Positions 62,019 to 64,000 of a stretch of DNA of 64,000 nt are shown in pieces. The stretch comes from Patescibacteria group bacterium (GTDB lineage Bacteria; Patescibacteriota; Patescibacteriia; 2-01-FULL-39-33), in contig JBAZMW010000001.1 of NCBI GenBank assembly GCA_041649575.1, forward strand, positions 87,944-151,943. Reading direction: 5' to 3'. A program made the position numbers and the translations under genes. The stretch's first letter is position 1; each line of letters opens with the position of its first letter. A model generated the notes under the pieces. The model made no database searches. It was not told where the DNA came from and saw nothing but the letters and a program-made list of their open reading frames with translations.

Positions 62019-62027
62019 TATCGTTTC
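62019..62027 (-). promoter_or_regulatory. extended -10 promoter (TGTTATAAT) for pilus set 2
   Basis: The reverse complement of 62019-62027 is TGTTATAAT, ~25 nt upstream of the pilB2 start. Confidence 0.45.
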
Positions 62028-62061
62028 TATTATAACATAAAACAACCAATGAAAGCAAAAC

Positions 62062-62091
62062 AAAAAAACACCTCCGCTTTTAGGCGGAGGT
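62062..62091 (-). terminator. rho-independent terminator after the GT4 gene
   Basis: CCTCCGC / GCGGAGG stem, followed by a T-run on the minus strand. Confidence 0.7.
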
Positions 62092-62100
62092 AAAATTTTT

Positions 62101-63246
62101 TTAAGCTTTTTTTAGAGCCAGCCTTCTCTTTTCCGGCATAATTTCTTGATAGAGGCTAATGGTTTGTTTGACGATATTGTCCCAACCGTATTCTTTGTCA
62201 ACGCGGGTTTTGGCCAACTGGGCTTTATCTTTGATAATCTTAGGATTGTCACAGGCAAAATTTAATTTTCTGGCCAAATCCTCAATGTCTTTGTTTTTAA
62301 ATTCCAGAGCAAAGCCCTTGACCGCCTCCCGGTTTTCCTCGATATCACTAATCAGCACCGGAATATTATAGGCCATGGCTTCCAATAAGGCGATAGATAA
62401 TCCTTCGGCTTCGGAGGGCTGGATAAAGAGATAAGAGTTCTTAAATAAAGTTTCTAAATCACCGCCTGATTTTTGGCCGGTAAAAATTATTTTGTCATTA
62501 TTGGCCGACAAGTTTTTGAGATAGTTAACATAGTTGTCGGTATTGGCGCCAGTGCCCACCAGCACCAGTTTTTTTTCGGTTTTTAGCTGTTGGTAAGCTT
62601 TGATTAAGGTATGAATGCCTTTATGTTGGATCAGTCTGGAAACGGCAATCAGGTAGCCGTTTTTTTCCAGATTATATTTCTTTAAGATGTCGTTAGAATT
62701 TTTATTTTCGATCAACTGGACGCCGTTGGGGATATAGCTGGTTTCGCGATCAAAACGATACTTGCAATACTTTTTTAAGGTTTCAGAAACGGTAATGGTT
62801 TGGTGAGGAAAGCGGCAGGCAGCCCATTCGCCTAGTCCTAACATAAACCTGGCAAAGCCACCCCATTTTTGATGGTAGCGATCAATGCAGTGAAAGGTGG
62901 CGATTACTTTGGCCTTTGGCTTGAAAAGCCGCGGAATCCACGATAACAGAGAAGGCCCAACGCCGTGATAATGAATAATGTCATAATCCTTAAACAATGA
63001 ATCAATGGAAGCAAAAAGAGTATGAGTAATCGCATCCAAATTTTTAGTCTTAATTGAAGGCAAATTAATAATTTTTACTCCCTGATAGGTATAAGAATTT
63101 TTGTAATTACCGGTGTAGTAGGCACGACTATAAACCGTGACATCAAAGCCTGCCCGGGCTAGCCTGGTAGAGAGCTCTTCGACATGTTTTTCAATGCCGC
63201 CTTGTTTGGTTGGTATGCCTTTTTGCCCGATTAATGCTATTTTCAT
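62101..63246 (-). CDS. glycosyltransferase family 4 (GT-B fold)
   Basis: EX7E motif EGLSIALLEAMAYNIPVLISD and an N-terminal GGIEKHV. Confidence 0.88.
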   Translation of the reverse strand: MKIALIGQKGIPTKQGGIEKHVEELSTRLARAGFDVTVYSRAYYTGNYKNSYTYQGVKIINLPSIKTKNLDAITHTLFASIDSLFKDYDIIHYHGVGPSLLSWIPRLFKPKAKVIATFHCIDRYHQKWGGFARFMLGLGEWAACRFPHQTITVSETLKKYCKYRFDRETSYIPNGVQLIENKNSNDILKKYNLEKNGYLIAVSRLIQHKGIHTLIKAYQQLKTEKKLVLVGTGANTDNYVNYLKNLSANNDKIIFTGQKSGGDLETLFKNSYLFIQPSEAEGLSIALLEAMAYNIPVLISDIEENREAVKGFALEFKNKDIEDLARKLNFACDNPKIIKDKAQLAKTRVDKEYGWDNIVKQTISLYQEIMPEKRRLALKKA

Positions 63247-63340
63247 AGATTCTTTTTAAGGGTTAATCGTAGCAAATAAATAAAATCTTGTCAAGGGCTA
63301 TTTTTTGTTTTTAAGAGGATAAATCATTTTTGTTAAATTT

Positions 63341-63388
63341 AAGTAAAATAATAAGGTGGGGCCAAGCGATTTGCCGTCGCTTGGTCCC
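63341..63388 (-). terminator. rho-independent terminator
   Basis: GGTGGGGCCAAGCGA / TCGCTTGGTCCCACC 15 bp stem, followed by a T-rich tract on the minus strand. Confidence 0.65.
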
Positions 63389-63408
63389 ACCAGGTGATGC
63401 ACCTTCAA

Positions 63409-64000
63409 TCATCGGAAAAAGGGGACGCTCAGCGCCGCCATTTCCGGAGGCCGGTCTTCGAACACCAGCGAGCCACCTCGCAGGGTTATTGCCCGGCCAT
63501 CAGTCGTGGCCGTTGGCACAGACCAGTTCCAGAGCGCCGCTTCCCAGGTGTCGCCGTTGGAGTCAATCCCGTCCAATTGGGTCATCAGGGTGTTGCCTGG
63601 CAACTCCATAATGACCGCCTGGCTGATCGAGAAGATCTGTTGGCGATAAACCGTCGCCGAGTCGCTGGTCCAACAAGTGAAGCGTACCAGCATGATGTCT
63701 GGCGGGCTACCAGTAAACAGGTTGCCAATTGCTGCTCCGTCGGCGTCGATCGTGGCTGTCAGCTTGCGGCCGTCAGCGGCATAGGCGAAGACCAGGCCCG
63801 GATGCGGCGTGTTGGCGGCTACTGTCAGCGCGGCGACATTGGACATTGTCTCCACGATGACGTTTCTCACGACGCAGGTGTAGCTGCCGTTGTCCGAGAC
63901 TTGCGCGGCGGTGATGATGAAAGCAGAGTTGGTGGCCCCACTTATCGCCGTGCCGTCCTTCTTCCATTGATAGGTGAAGAGCGGCAGATTGAAGCTGGAA
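63409..64000 (-). CDS. GC-rich gene, partial (N-terminus lies outside the window), with an Ig-like I-set-type domain
   Basis: The frame is open to the window edge. FTYQWKKDGTAISGATNSAFIITAAQVSDNGSYTCVV is a classic Ig-like motif. GC is ~60%. Confidence 0.6.
   Translation of the reverse strand, partial: SSFNLPLFTYQWKKDGTAISGATNSAFIITAAQVSDNGSYTCVVRNVIVETMSNVAALTVAANTPHPGLVFAYAADGRKLTATIDADGAAIGNLFTGSPPDIMLVRFTCWTSDSATVYRQQIFSISQAVIMELPGNTLMTQLDGIDSNGDTWEAALWNWSVPTATTDGRAITLRGGSLVFEDRPPEMAALSVPFFR

Overview
The window is low-GC (~40-45%), gene-dense bacterial DNA from what looks like a small-genome, monoderm-like lineage (CPR/Patescibacteria-like is an inference, not proven). The standard genetic code applies, because TGA closes several conserved genes. 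There are two complete type IV pilus gene sets in opposite orientation and neither has a secretin gene. Set 1 is at 1-12.1 kb (pilM-N-O, pilB, a CheY-like regulator, a degenerate pilT, pilC, pilA, pilD, four minor pilins). Set 2 is on the minus strand at 53.9-62.0 kb (pilB-C, fimT/V/W/X-like, pilM-N-O). Housekeeping genes between them include ligA, gatCA, two tRNAs, ogt, rubrerythrin, dnaG, rpoD, rsmI, metG, tatD, murA, ctpA, rplI, rpmA and an iscR-iscU-nfu-iscS operon. The most interesting part is a ~4.95 kb integrative element at the 3' end of tRNA-Asn (23784-28733). It is bounded by directly repeated core sequences (GGAGCCAA) and separates the tRNA from its own terminator hairpin. It carries a large serine recombinase, an XRE regulator and a translationally coupled four-gene cargo operon (AAA_15/OLD-like ABC ATPase, a PII-like Nif3/CutA-like small protein, a CDA-fold deaminase, and a DUF5680-like protein). 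That operon is a candidate new defence or toxin module. The element has an unusual three-site architecture: attL, an internal inverted full attP-like repeat of ~350 bp, and attR. This predicts two invertible segments, the recombinase gene and the cargo. Four GC-rich (~57-60%) foreign blocks interrupt the AT-rich background: a KefC-like antiporter, an orphan pilin-like gene, a 0.3 kb block upstream of rpmA, and an Ig-like-domain gene at the window edge.
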